The position numbers were made by a program, and so were the translations under genes. From Gammaproteobacteria bacterium (lineage in GTDB: Bacteria; Pseudomonadota; Gammaproteobacteria; Eutrophobiales; Eutrophobiaceae): a stretch of 64,000 nucleotides of DNA. This document shows positions 7,877-17,010 of this stretch, piece by piece. Where the stretch lies: assembly GCA_022826885.1 (NCBI GenBank), contig JAJDUB010000059.1, forward strand, positions 7,172-71,171. Direction: 5' to 3'. The notes beneath the pieces are model-generated. The model did no database searches. It saw only the letters and a program-made list of their open reading frames with translations, and was not told the DNA's origin. The first letter of the stretch is position 1. Every line of letters starts with the position of its first letter.

Positions 7877-10075
7877 CTAGAAACTCGTCCCCACGGAGAC
7901 TTTGATCGAGCGCAACGGGGTATTGGTTTCGAAGGTCTCCACGAAAGGATCCGGTCCTGGGAAACCGAAATCCGCGCCGATTGTGTTGGTCACGTTCTCC
8001 GCCACGATATTCAGAAACCAGGGTGATGAATCGCTGCTGAGGCGCCCGGTCAGGGCCAGTGAGGTAAACGCATTGTCATACAACCCTTCGCTGAGCTGGT
8101 TGAACTTGGACGAGCGATGCTTCAGGGTACCGCCGATGGCAACGGACCAGTCTCCGAACACGCGCTGCTCCCAGTCCGCATTGAACGCCACTGACACGCG
8201 GGGCGATTGCGCCAGGCGCTCGTTCCTACCCTTGTCCTCGGCATCGGCATAAGCGCCTGCCGCGCTCACCCGAAAGCTGTCGGTCACCTGCCAGGTCAAC
8301 AGGCCGTCGACACCTGTCGAACGGGACCTGTCGTTGCTGGAGATGAACTCACCGGTAAAGAGCAGTTGCTGCAGACCGAAGACGTCGATGTGGAACACCG
8401 CCACGTCAAGCTGCACGCGGCCGTCCAGCAGGCTCGATTTTATGCCGGCTTCGTAGCTGTTGGCGCGCTCGTCATCCACAAACGCATCCCGCTGCGGATT
8501 GCCGGTACCCAAGGCAGGATCCAGCGCTATGGAATTGAACTCGCCGTAGCCACCGGCCTTTCCGCCGCGTGCGAAAGATGCGTACACCATTACGTCCGGC
8601 GTCAGGTCGTACTGTAACGACACACTGCCGCTGACCAGGTCGTCAGTGACGTTATCGAGTCTCTGATAGGGGAACGGCGCCTGAATTACCGCATTCCACA
8701 GGGTGAACGGCGGGCGGTTGGTGCGTCCGAAATGCACTTTCTTCTTTTCGTGGGTGAAACGCAGGCCCAGGTTGACCCGGAATTGTTCAGTCAAGCTATA
8801 GTTGGCCTGGCCGAACACCGAGTAGGCGGTGGTTTTCTGGGCAAAGGTGTTGGTGTAGGAACCGTTGAATATCTGACCGCTGATCGGAACCGGCGGAGGC
8901 GGAAAGTCGGGGATGCCGAACACGCTGTCCCACAACATGTCCCATTCGCTGTGGAAGAAGAACAGTCCGGCCAGGTAATCCAGGCGCTCGCCCCCGTTGG
9001 AGGCCAGGCGCAGTTCCTGCTGAACCTGCTCGTAGTCTTCGGTACGGATAAAGAGGCTTGCATCCTTGTTGTCAAAATCGAAGTCCGCGTAGTTTGTGTG
9101 ATCGGATGTCGCGTATGACGTGATCGAAGTCAGTGTTGCTGCACCAAAATCATAATTCAACGTCCCGGTGGCTATGTGGGCCTGCAGGTGGGTCAGGTCG
9201 TCGCCGTCAACCAGACGCGGGTCCGAACTGTAGGAGGCCTTGGTGTCGTCAAACCTCGATTCACCCAGGTCCGGGCCGGCACCGAGACCCAGCGCGGACA
9301 GGCCAGGCCGGGTTATCTGGGTCGGCAGACCGACGCGCCTGTTGTCGGTGTACTGATGACTGATCAGCGCACTGAACCGGCCTGCGGGCTCCCAGAGCAG
9401 GGAGGTGCGAATGCCGGCATCCCGGTCCTCCGGCACGTCTTTCCCGGTAGTGACGTTGTGTACCCAGCCATTCAGGTCGGACCACTTGCCGGCGATGCGC
9501 AAGGCCAGGGTATCGTCCACCGGCAGGTTCACAACGCCTTCGCCGAACCAGCCGCCGTTCTGCGCTTCAAGCCCGAACTCCACGTCACCGCCGAACTCCT
9601 GTTCCGGCCTGTTGTTGACAACCGAGATACCGCCGAGTGTGGTGTTCTTGCCGAGCAGGGTGCTCTGCGTGCCCTTGATCAACTCAACCCGCTGCACATC
9701 GAACAGGGTATGCCCGTACAGGCGCACGTTGCCCAGGAACGCGCCGTCCACGAACATGCCGATGGAGTTATCGAAAGCGACGTTGCCTGCCTGGGTGCCG
9801 ATGCCGCGGAAGGTCACCCCGGGGCTGTCGCTGGGCGGTCGTGCAAATTCGAAACTGGGAACGATATTGGCAAGCTCGCCAATCATGTCCACCTGCCGCC
9901 TGTCCAGGTTTTCTTCACTGAATACAGTAATCGAGATGGGCACGTCCTGCAGGGATTCCTCACGCTTTTGCGCCGTTACGACGACTTCTTCGAGCATACC
10001 CGTTCCCTGTGTGAATCCCGTTACGCACACCAGCGCCGCCGATACCCCGGCGATGATACGTGTCAGTTTGTTCAT
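7877..10075 (-). CDS. TonB-dependent outer membrane receptor
   Basis: Signal peptide, LEEVVVTAQKRE TonB-box region, RVELIKGTQSTLLGKN plug motif, C-terminal Phe. Confidence 0.92.
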   Translation of the reverse strand: MNKLTRIIAGVSAALVCVTGFTQGTGMLEEVVVTAQKREESLQDVPISITVFSEENLDRRQVDMIGELANIVPSFEFARPPSDSPGVTFRGIGTQAGNVAFDNSIGMFVDGAFLGNVRLYGHTLFDVQRVELIKGTQSTLLGKNTTLGGISVVNNRPEQEFGGDVEFGLEAQNGGWFGEGVVNLPVDDTLALRIAGKWSDLNGWVHNVTTGKDVPEDRDAGIRTSLLWEPAGRFSALISHQYTDNRRVGLPTQITRPGLSALGLGAGPDLGESRFDDTKASYSSDPRLVDGDDLTHLQAHIATGTLNYDFGAATLTSITSYATSDHTNYADFDFDNKDASLFIRTEDYEQVQQELRLASNGGERLDYLAGLFFFHSEWDMLWDSVFGIPDFPPPPVPISGQIFNGSYTNTFAQKTTAYSVFGQANYSLTEQFRVNLGLRFTHEKKKVHFGRTNRPPFTLWNAVIQAPFPYQRLDNVTDDLVSGSVSLQYDLTPDVMVYASFARGGKAGGYGEFNSIALDPALGTGNPQRDAFVDDERANSYEAGIKSSLLDGRVQLDVAVFHIDVFGLQQLLFTGEFISSNDRSRSTGVDGLLTWQVTDSFRVSAAGAYADAEDKGRNERLAQSPRVSVAFNADWEQRVFGDWSVAIGGTLKHRSSKFNQLSEGLYDNAFTSLALTGRLSSDSSPWFLNIVAENVTNTIGADFGFPGPDPFVETFETNTPLRSIKVSVGTSF

Positions 10076-10137
10076 TCTACCTTCCTCCTGTTACATAAAA
10101 TCAATAAATCCGGACGGAAACTTCAGGTTCCTCAATG

Positions 10138-11190
10138 TTATGCAGTCGCGCTTGCCGCGCCGGCGGACTGCTCCGCAAACAGCTTTTTCATGATCCTGCG
10201 CGCCCTCATGGAATGGGTATCCGCTGAAACCAGTACCTCGCGGGGCTGTTGCTGGCGCGCGAGCATGTTCTCAACTGCTTCCACCGCTTCGATGTCCTCA
10301 TCGATGACAGCCGCAAAGACACTGTTCACCGTATCCGTTACTTCCCGGCTGTCGTGGGCAAAGGTGCGGGACCAGGCAACGAGGTAATTCGTTGATGTTG
10401 CCGTCGCAGGCGTAACCGCATGGCAGACCCGGTACTGTGCGATGGCGTCGCCGCCGGGATTGATGAACTTCTCGCGCGCAACATGCAGGTTGGGCGGGTA
10501 GAAGTCTATCAACACTTCACGGTCCAACGGCCCTTCCGTACCCAGCGCGTCCTTGAAAAAACCGGTCAGTTTTTCATTGGGAATCATCCGCAGGCCCCGC
10601 AGAAATCTATCGTGCTCGGAAATTTCCACCCGGGTGGACGCCACCGAGTCAGTCCCGATAGTGCCCGGGTGCAGGTACGACAGGTGCGATATGTCTGTGA
10701 GGTTCTCATGCAGCAATTGTGCGCGGCAGTTAAGCGTGTTCGTCAGCGCAGGCAGCGCGAGCCAGCCCGGTTCGGTCAGGCGGATCTCATCATGGTCCGG
10801 AATCAGGTCCGGATCCGCGCGCGTCTGGTCCCCGATCCAGATCCACAACCACTCCCATTTTTCCACCAGTGCATAAGTTTGCACCCGGCACACGTCCGGA
10901 ATGGTTTCCTGGCTGGGAATCCTGACGCAGTTACCGTCCGGACCGTATTGAAAACCGTGGTAGCCGCATTCCAGCACGTCGCCGCGCACCCGGCCCTTGC
11001 CCAGCGGGAAGCTGCGGTGCGGGCAGCGCCCGTGCATGGCGATGGCTTTTCCCTGCGTATCGCGGTAAAACACCACCGGTTCTCCGCAGATCCACCTCTC
11101 GAACGGTTTATCGGCTGTGACCTCGCTGCTCCAGGCCGCGACGTACCATTGATTCTCGAGATAATCCTCGTCTTCAGCGAACGGCCACAT
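10138..11190 (-). CDS. Second VanA/TsaM-like Rieske monooxygenase
   Basis: CPHR...CGYHG, ENLTDISHLSYLH, DEDIEAVE. Start set at ATG 11190 after a GGGGAG RBS. Confidence 0.88.
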   Translation of the reverse strand: MWPFAEDEDYLENQWYVAAWSSEVTADKPFERWICGEPVVFYRDTQGKAIAMHGRCPHRSFPLGKGRVRGDVLECGYHGFQYGPDGNCVRIPSQETIPDVCRVQTYALVEKWEWLWIWIGDQTRADPDLIPDHDEIRLTEPGWLALPALTNTLNCRAQLLHENLTDISHLSYLHPGTIGTDSVASTRVEISEHDRFLRGLRMIPNEKLTGFFKDALGTEGPLDREVLIDFYPPNLHVAREKFINPGGDAIAQYRVCHAVTPATATSTNYLVAWSRTFAHDSREVTDTVNSVFAAVIDEDIEAVEAVENMLARQQQPREVLVSADTHSMRARRIMKKLFAEQSAGAASATA

Positions 11191-11250
11191 AGTGTCTCTC
11201 TCCCCGGGAGTGCAAGCTTTTCTTTGTATATAACGGGCGCATTGCGTCAC

Positions 11251-12591
11251 TCATGCCGACACTGCAGCAGCCTGTTCCGCATCGGAGTAATCGACCAGGC
11301 GTGATTTGTAAACTTCCCTTGGCAACGTCCCGTACGGCACGAGTTGTATATCGGTCGCGACCAGCAGGCGCTGCCGTACCTGGTCCGAGATTCGCTGTTG
11401 CAGGTTGACGGTCTGTGCCGCACCGTTTTCTCCCAGTTCGACCAGCACCGGCAACGGCTTTGTCTGCCTGACCCCCTTTTCTTTCGGCCTTACCTGTATC
11501 ACGCCCGATACGTCAGGTGTGAACTCGTTCAGCACGCTGCGCAGCGCGGTCGGAAACAGGTTGACGCCGCGCACGATGAGCATATCGTCCGTGCGTCCCA
11601 CGCAGCGTATCCTGGGGCCGGTCCGGCCCAGCGGGTTGGGTTCCATGTTGACGACGACGTGGTCGCGGCTGCGGAAACGCAATAACGGCATCGCCTCCCG
11701 TTGCAACGCGGTGTAGACCAGTTCACCTTCAGCGCCGTCTTCCCAGGCGCGCGGGGAACCGGTTTCCGGGTCGATGAGTTCAACATGGGCGAAGCCGCGG
11801 GCCATGAAGTGCATCCCCTTACCGTCATCGTCCTCGGCCCAGGCCGAAAGCGTTATGTCCCCTATGCCCATGGATTCGCGCACCTTGCAGCCGAATGCGC
11901 CCTCCAGGCGGCCGCGGATCAGCGGGTCGCCGCCGCCCGGTTCCCCCGCGGTAATCATGTTCCTGAGACCCAGGCCCAGGGTATTAATAGCGCGCTCCCT
12001 GCACCAGTCAATCAGGTACAGCCCGTACGAAGGAGTACAGCTTATACCCGTGGCATTCAACCTCTGGATGGCGCCGACCAGGCGTTCGGTATTCCCGGTG
12101 CCTATCGGGATTACCGTGCAGCCCAACTTGTCGAAACCATCGTAAACCGCGCCTGCAACGAACGGCCCGGCATTAAATCCGACAACGATGCGCTGAGCTT
12201 TTGCAAACCCGGCCGCGGTGTAACCGCGGGCAGCGTTGGTTGCGTAGCCTTCCAGGTCGTTGCGGGTGAGGCCGATCAGGCACGGCACGCCGCTGGTGCC
12301 GCTGGTATTGTAGACCCGCCGCAACTTGTCCGGGGAACAGGCCAGGTGATCGCCGAACGGGGGCGCAGCGGCCTGGGTCGCCCGTATTTCGTCTTTTTCC
12401 GTGAAAGGGAGACCGGTGATATCATCCAGATCACCCACATCCGCAGGACCGGAGAAGCCCGCCTCATCCAGCTTATGCCGGTAAAAGGCGGAATGCTCGA
12501 ATAAATACCGGATTTGCCGGCGATAACTTTCCCGGTCCAGGTCAAATTGCTCTGCCACCGGGCGGGTTTCAATCTCTGCGTCGTGCATCAT
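11251..12591 (-). CDS. Phenylacetate-CoA ligase (PaaK-like) family protein
   Basis: LPFTEKDEIR, NTSGTSG P-loop, AGEPGG, LLRFRSRD, GRTDDMLIVRGVNLFP. Confidence 0.88.
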   Translation of the reverse strand: MMHDAEIETRPVAEQFDLDRESYRRQIRYLFEHSAFYRHKLDEAGFSGPADVGDLDDITGLPFTEKDEIRATQAAAPPFGDHLACSPDKLRRVYNTSGTSGVPCLIGLTRNDLEGYATNAARGYTAAGFAKAQRIVVGFNAGPFVAGAVYDGFDKLGCTVIPIGTGNTERLVGAIQRLNATGISCTPSYGLYLIDWCRERAINTLGLGLRNMITAGEPGGGDPLIRGRLEGAFGCKVRESMGIGDITLSAWAEDDDGKGMHFMARGFAHVELIDPETGSPRAWEDGAEGELVYTALQREAMPLLRFRSRDHVVVNMEPNPLGRTGPRIRCVGRTDDMLIVRGVNLFPTALRSVLNEFTPDVSGVIQVRPKEKGVRQTKPLPVLVELGENGAAQTVNLQQRISDQVRQRLLVATDIQLVPYGTLPREVYKSRLVDYSDAEQAAAVSA

Positions 12592-12648
12592 GGCGCGGGC
12601 TTTCCGTGTTGGTTCTTACTTGTTGTGTCCACGATTTTTGTTCCGGGT

Positions 12649-13056
12649 TTACCGGTGGTATGCCTCGTTATTGGGGGTATGGTCACCCGCCAGCCAACGT
12701 TCAAGTTCGCTACGGGCCTTGAGACGTTGCTCCTCGTTTATCTGATCGACGTCTTCGTGGTCAACAGTAAATTCAATTATCAACTGCGCCGGGTCAAGCA
12801 CGTACAGGGAATAGCAGTATCCGTGGTTCAGAATGTACATGTCCGGCTCCTTGTATCCTGCAGCCTCCAGCCGGTCGCGTATTCCGGCCTGGGTTTCCTG
12901 GTCTACTTTCATGGCGATATGGCGAAAACCGGAAAGCGGCAATTCCGGACCGAATTCTTCCTGGTCCTCCTCGTAGAATTTTCTTACGGCTTCCATGTCC
13001 CTGGTAACATGCGCGTTGTGGTGAAGACGGCTTGATATTTTCAGTTCTGTATTCAT
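12649..13056 (-). CDS. VOC/glyoxalase family protein, apparently with an internal in-frame deletion
   Basis: RLHHNAHVTRDMEAVRKFYE joined directly to EDQEEFGPELP...RHIAMKV...HGYCYSLYVLDPAQLIIEF; the beta-strand segment usually between these parts is absent. Confidence 0.7.
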   Translation of the reverse strand: MNTELKISSRLHHNAHVTRDMEAVRKFYEEDQEEFGPELPLSGFRHIAMKVDQETQAGIRDRLEAAGYKEPDMYILNHGYCYSLYVLDPAQLIIEFTVDHEDVDQINEEQRLKARSELERWLAGDHTPNNEAYHR

Positions 13057-13129
13057 TTACAACTACCTCCCGGTTCCCGTTTATACACATTCAGCGCAGT
13101 CGGATTCTGGTAAAATGTATATTAGTATT

Positions 13130-13161
13130 TTCGAATAACGAAGTCAAATTCGATAATCGAA
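13130..13161. promoter_or_regulatory. Tandem PcaR/PcaU/PobR-type (IclR) operator boxes in the divergent promoter
   Basis: TTCGATAATCGAA (13149-13161, perfect palindrome around a central A) and a degenerate copy TTCGAATAACGAA (13130-13142). These resemble the established GTTCGATAATCGCAC PcaR box; an IclR gene is 1.7 kb away. Confidence 0.75.
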
Positions 13162-13268
13162 ATTTTATTTCACAACATGATGACAGGGCGTCAGGGTGAT
13201 TTGATTGTGTTATAGTGATTTTTCAGGTCCCCTGCTTGACCTTAACATTCTCAATTCGGAGTGATCTT

Positions 13269-14039
13269 ATGAGCGACAATGACAAGGCGCACCCCACGAC
13301 GGCGATTTGCGGTTTTGACGCAGAGAACATCCTGGTTCGCGGCAAGAATCTCGTAAGCGATCTTATGGGAAATTATTCATTCACGGAATTGCTGCTGCTG
13401 CAGGCGCTAGGAAAGGAACCGACCAAAGCACAGTCCCGGATTGTCGACGCGGTGCTGGTAACCATCATGGAACACGGCCTGGTACCTTCCGCAATCGCGA
13501 CCAGGCTGACTCATCACGGCGCGCCTGAATCATTTCAGGGTGCAGTGGTTGCCGGCCTTCTGGGTGTTGGCGATCGCTATGCCGGCACGGCCGGTGACTG
13601 TGGCGTATTGCTTGAAGAAATCGTCGAAGCGCCGCTGGCGGAACGGCAAGCCACGGCAATCGAGAGGGTCAGGTCACTCCGGCAGATGCGCCGACCTGTT
13701 CCGGGTTTCGGTCATCCCATTCACCATGGCGGCGACCCGCGCGTCGGAAGACTGTTGCAGATAGCCAGGGAAGCGGGAGTGAGCGGCCAGTACCTCAACG
13801 CACTCGACACGCTCGAAGCCGGTGTACAGGAAGTCATTAACAAATCCATTGTCATGAACGTCAGCGCAGCCATAGCGGCGGTACTTGCCGAAGCCGGAGT
13901 GCCTGCCTCCCTGATGCGCGGTATCGTGCTGACCGCTCGCTGTGCTGGACTCGTCGGGCACCTCTTTGAGGAAATGAACAACCCAATCGGCCATGATCTC
14001 TGGTTCGCGGCAAAGGAACGTATTGCCTACCAGGACTGA
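13269..14039 (+). CDS. Citryl-CoA lyase / citrate synthase-like protein
   Basis: LVTIMEHGLVPSAIATR, PVPGFGHPIH...DPR, MNVSAAIA, RCAGLVGH. Confidence 0.82.
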   Translation: MSDNDKAHPTTAICGFDAENILVRGKNLVSDLMGNYSFTELLLLQALGKEPTKAQSRIVDAVLVTIMEHGLVPSAIATRLTHHGAPESFQGAVVAGLLGVGDRYAGTAGDCGVLLEEIVEAPLAERQATAIERVRSLRQMRRPVPGFGHPIHHGGDPRVGRLLQIAREAGVSGQYLNALDTLEAGVQEVINKSIVMNVSAAIAAVLAEAGVPASLMRGIVLTARCAGLVGHLFEEMNNPIGHDLWFAAKERIAYQD

Positions 14040-14071
14040 TCCGGGCTTAAACCACGCCAGGTAACAGAACC

Positions 14072-14887
14072 ATGTGGATCGATGTCGATGCAGGACGACT
14101 GTTCGTCAGGCATGAAGGTGAAGGTGCCCCTTTGTTGCTCATGCATGGATGGACCCTGGACCAGCGCATGTTTCAACCACAGATGCCCCGTCTCAGTGAG
14201 CGATTTCACGTCATCAGTTTCGATCGGCGCGGGTTTGGCCGGTCCGATGCGACTCCCGACCTGGACCTGGAGCTTGACGACCTGGATAGAATCGCAGATG
14301 CCTTGTCTCTTGACACCCTGCACCTGCTCGGCATGTCCCAGGGTGGGCGTCTGGCGATGCGTTATGCCGTAACAAGGCCGCAACGCCTGCGTTCCCTGGT
14401 TCTGCAAGGCGCCGTGGTTGACGGCCTGGATATTGACGGACCGGAACACGAACGCATCCCGTTTCCTGAATACGCTGACCTGGTAAGCGCAGGAAAAATC
14501 GATGTGATGCGCCGACGCTGGCTCGGGCACCCGGTGCTGGCGCTCGGCCCGGGACATGATGACGAGCAACGACTGCTGAATGAAATACTGGATGATTATA
14601 CCGGCGCGGATTTACTTGCTTTCTCACCGGACAAGTTAGCGACTTCCCTGGACGTGCTTGGGAAACTTGCCCGGTTCCATGCCCCCACTCTTATACTCAC
14701 CGGCGCAAGCGAAACCGGCAGGCTGAAGGCGCACGCACAAAAACTGCTTGAGGTAATCCCTGACAGCCGGGAGGTCATTTTTGAGCACAGCGGCCACCTG
14801 AGTAATCTCACCGAACCGGAGTTGTACAACGAACAGGTAATTCTCTTTTGTGCCGGCGTAGATGAAGCGGCGTCCTTAACGGAATGA
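14072..14887 (+). CDS. Alpha/beta hydrolase (PcaD/enol-lactonase-like)
   Basis: LMHGW, DRRGFGRS, GMSQGG nucleophile elbow, SGHLSNL catalytic His. Confidence 0.85.
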   Translation: MWIDVDAGRLFVRHEGEGAPLLLMHGWTLDQRMFQPQMPRLSERFHVISFDRRGFGRSDATPDLDLELDDLDRIADALSLDTLHLLGMSQGGRLAMRYAVTRPQRLRSLVLQGAVVDGLDIDGPEHERIPFPEYADLVSAGKIDVMRRRWLGHPVLALGPGHDDEQRLLNEILDDYTGADLLAFSPDKLATSLDVLGKLARFHAPTLILTGASETGRLKAHAQKLLEVIPDSREVIFEHSGHLSNLTEPELYNEQVILFCAGVDEAASLTE

Positions 14888-15700
14888 TGCGCTTCTGATC
14901 GAGTGTACAAGGATCGGGTAGCGGCGCAATTCCTGTTCGATTTTCTTAGCCGCCGTCATGAGGTGGGGCAACCGGGTCTCGATCATCTCCTCCTGGTTGA
15001 CGCGGGTTGTTGCGGTTGAACAGTTTATCGCAGCGAGTATCTCACCATCATTGTCGAATACGGGCACGGCGACGGATATGATGCCGTAGTCCAGTTCATC
15101 CTGGGTGGATGTGAAACCCTGGCGCCTGCACCTGTTCAGGACTTTTCGGAGTTTCACCCTGGATATAACTGTCTTGTCGGTAAGTTTCTGAGGTTTAATC
15201 CGGGCAAGATAGTCGTTAATAAAGGACTCGGAGTGGTGTGCAACAATGACGCGGCCAAGAGACGTTGCATAAGCGGGGAAGCGGGTGCCGATCCCCGCAT
15301 CCAGCCTGATCATACGGTTCGTCGATACATGAACCAGGTACAGGATATCCAGGTGGGATAGTACAGCCAGTGAAGAACTGTCCCCGGTGTTGTCCCGAAC
15401 GTCCTGGAGGTGCGGACGCGCTATTTCTTCCAGGTTAACTGATTCAAGGAATGCTGACGCGAAACCCATCACTTCGGGCGTTAACAGAAACAATTTCCCT
15501 CTTTTCCCGACATAACCCAATTCAACCAGGGTATTCAGGCAGCGCCTGGCTACAGCGGGGTTCAGGCCCGTTGCTGAAGCGACTTCGCTTAATGTCATTT
15601 CCGGGTTGTCCCTGGTAAACGTTCGCAGTACGGACAGTCCCCTGGCCAGTGTGCTGAGATACTCGCCGTCTTTTTTAGGTTTATCTTCTTTATTATTCAT
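14876..15700 (-). CDS. IclR family transcriptional regulator (PcaR/PobR-like)
   Basis: STLARGLSVL HTH start, RRCLNTLVELGYV, PAYATSLGRV, ELDYGIISVAVPV. Confidence 0.9.
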   Translation of the reverse strand: MNNKEDKPKKDGEYLSTLARGLSVLRTFTRDNPEMTLSEVASATGLNPAVARRCLNTLVELGYVGKRGKLFLLTPEVMGFASAFLESVNLEEIARPHLQDVRDNTGDSSSLAVLSHLDILYLVHVSTNRMIRLDAGIGTRFPAYATSLGRVIVAHHSESFINDYLARIKPQKLTDKTVISRVKLRKVLNRCRRQGFTSTQDELDYGIISVAVPVFDNDGEILAAINCSTATTRVNQEEMIETRLPHLMTAAKKIEQELRRYPILVHSIRSASFR

Positions 15701-15718
15701 AACCTGAAATATTAGCTG

Positions 15719-16465
15719 TTACCGGCTAACCGGTACAGGCAGGGATGCTACGGTAGTTTCAATCCAGTCCTCCGTCTCGCGGAGAATTTGCGCGGCCTTC
15801 TTTCCCCGGGATTGTATGGGCGGGCCGATAACCATCCGAATGGTGCCGGGCCGTTTGAGAAAGCTGTGGCGCGGCCACAGGTAGCCGGCGTTGTGCGCAA
15901 TCGGCATGACGGGATAACCGGATTTCTCTGCCAGCATGGCCCCGCCCGGGTGGTATTTCCGCCGTACGCCCGGCGCCAGCCGGGTGCCTTCCGGGAACAC
16001 CACCACCCATAAGCCGGCATTCAGACGCTCCTTGCCCTGGCGTACGAGTTGCTTCAGTGAGCGGACTCCCAGGGAACGGTCGATGGCTATTGGCTTCATG
16101 GTCGCGAGTCCCCAGCCGTAGATGGGGATGCGCAACAATTCGCGCTTCAGTAACCATACCTGGGGGGGGAACAATAACTGGATCATCAGGGTCTCCCAGA
16201 TGGACTGGTGTTTGCACATGATGATCGCCGGCTGATCGGTGATGTTTTCCAGGCCCTCCACTTCTGCCTTAATCCTGCAGGTGACCCCCAGCCACCACAG
16301 GTTGAACCTGGCCCAGTTCGCTACCAGTCGGAACCTGAGAGGGAAAGGCACTGCCAACAGGAAAAACGTGATGGGAACCGCAATGAGTGTGGATACGACC
16401 ATGCCCAGGATGAACATAAGCGACCCGGTCCATTGTAATATGGATATCCCGCCCGGTGAACTCAT
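15719..16465 (-). CDS. plsC: 1-acyl-sn-glycerol-3-phosphate acyltransferase
   Basis: KHQSIWET and VFPEGTR motifs; conserved position after gmhB. Confidence 0.9.
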   Translation of the reverse strand: MSSPGGISILQWTGSLMFILGMVVSTLIAVPITFFLLAVPFPLRFRLVANWARFNLWWLGVTCRIKAEVEGLENITDQPAIIMCKHQSIWETLMIQLLFPPQVWLLKRELLRIPIYGWGLATMKPIAIDRSLGVRSLKQLVRQGKERLNAGLWVVVFPEGTRLAPGVRRKYHPGGAMLAEKSGYPVMPIAHNAGYLWPRHSFLKRPGTIRMVIGPPIQSRGKKAAQILRETEDWIETTVASLPVPVSR

Positions 16466-17010
16466 GTAGATGGTTTGCCGGAAAGCAGCGCTGTCGTTGC
16501 CTGGGCCAAATCGTCATGAACGGGAATACCGTCCGGGATAACACCCTCGTCCAGTTGCTTTGTTCCTTTCCCGGTCCTGACCAGTATCGGACTTGCGCCG
16601 ACCGCCTGAGCTGCCCGGATATCACTCAGCCGATCGCCTATTACGGGTACACCGGACAGCGGAGTATGCAGCCTTCTTTCTATCTCCTTTAACAGCCCGG
16701 GTTCGGGTTTACGGCAGGCGCAGCCTTCGTCGGGTCCATGAGGGCAGAAGAAAATGGCTTCTATCACGCCGCCGTACTGGGCGAGATGGGTATGCATTTT
16801 CCTGTGAATCCGGTTCAACTCATTCAGGGTTAGCTTGCCTCTGGCCAGTCCGGATTGATTGGTTGCAATGACAGTGTGATAACCGCGTTGATTAAGCCGG
16901 GCAATGGCCTGCAGGCTGCCGGGTATTGCCTCCCATTCCTGTTCCGACTTGATATAGTCATCGGAATCATGGTTAATCACGCCGTCCATGTCGAGTATTA
17001 TCAGTTTCAT
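16462..17010 (-). CDS. gmhB: D-glycero-beta-D-manno-heptose 1,7-bisphosphate 7-phosphatase
   Basis: DMDGVIN HAD motif, TNQSG, CPH...CACRKP, IGDRLSD; glyS-gmhB-plsC synteny. Confidence 0.92.
   Translation of the reverse strand: MKLIILDMDGVINHDSDDYIKSEQEWEAIPGSLQAIARLNQRGYHTVIATNQSGLARGKLTLNELNRIHRKMHTHLAQYGGVIEAIFFCPHGPDEGCACRKPEPGLLKEIERRLHTPLSGVPVIGDRLSDIRAAQAVGASPILVRTGKGTKQLDEGVIPDGIPVHDDLAQATTALLSGKPST

Noticed and set aside
9176-10387. 403-aa + strand ORF and similar long antisense ORFs (10420-11304, 22477-23385, 41109-41957 on -, 52453-53421 on -)
   Set aside because: Each lies opposite a well-supported gene; long shadow ORFs are expected at this GC content.
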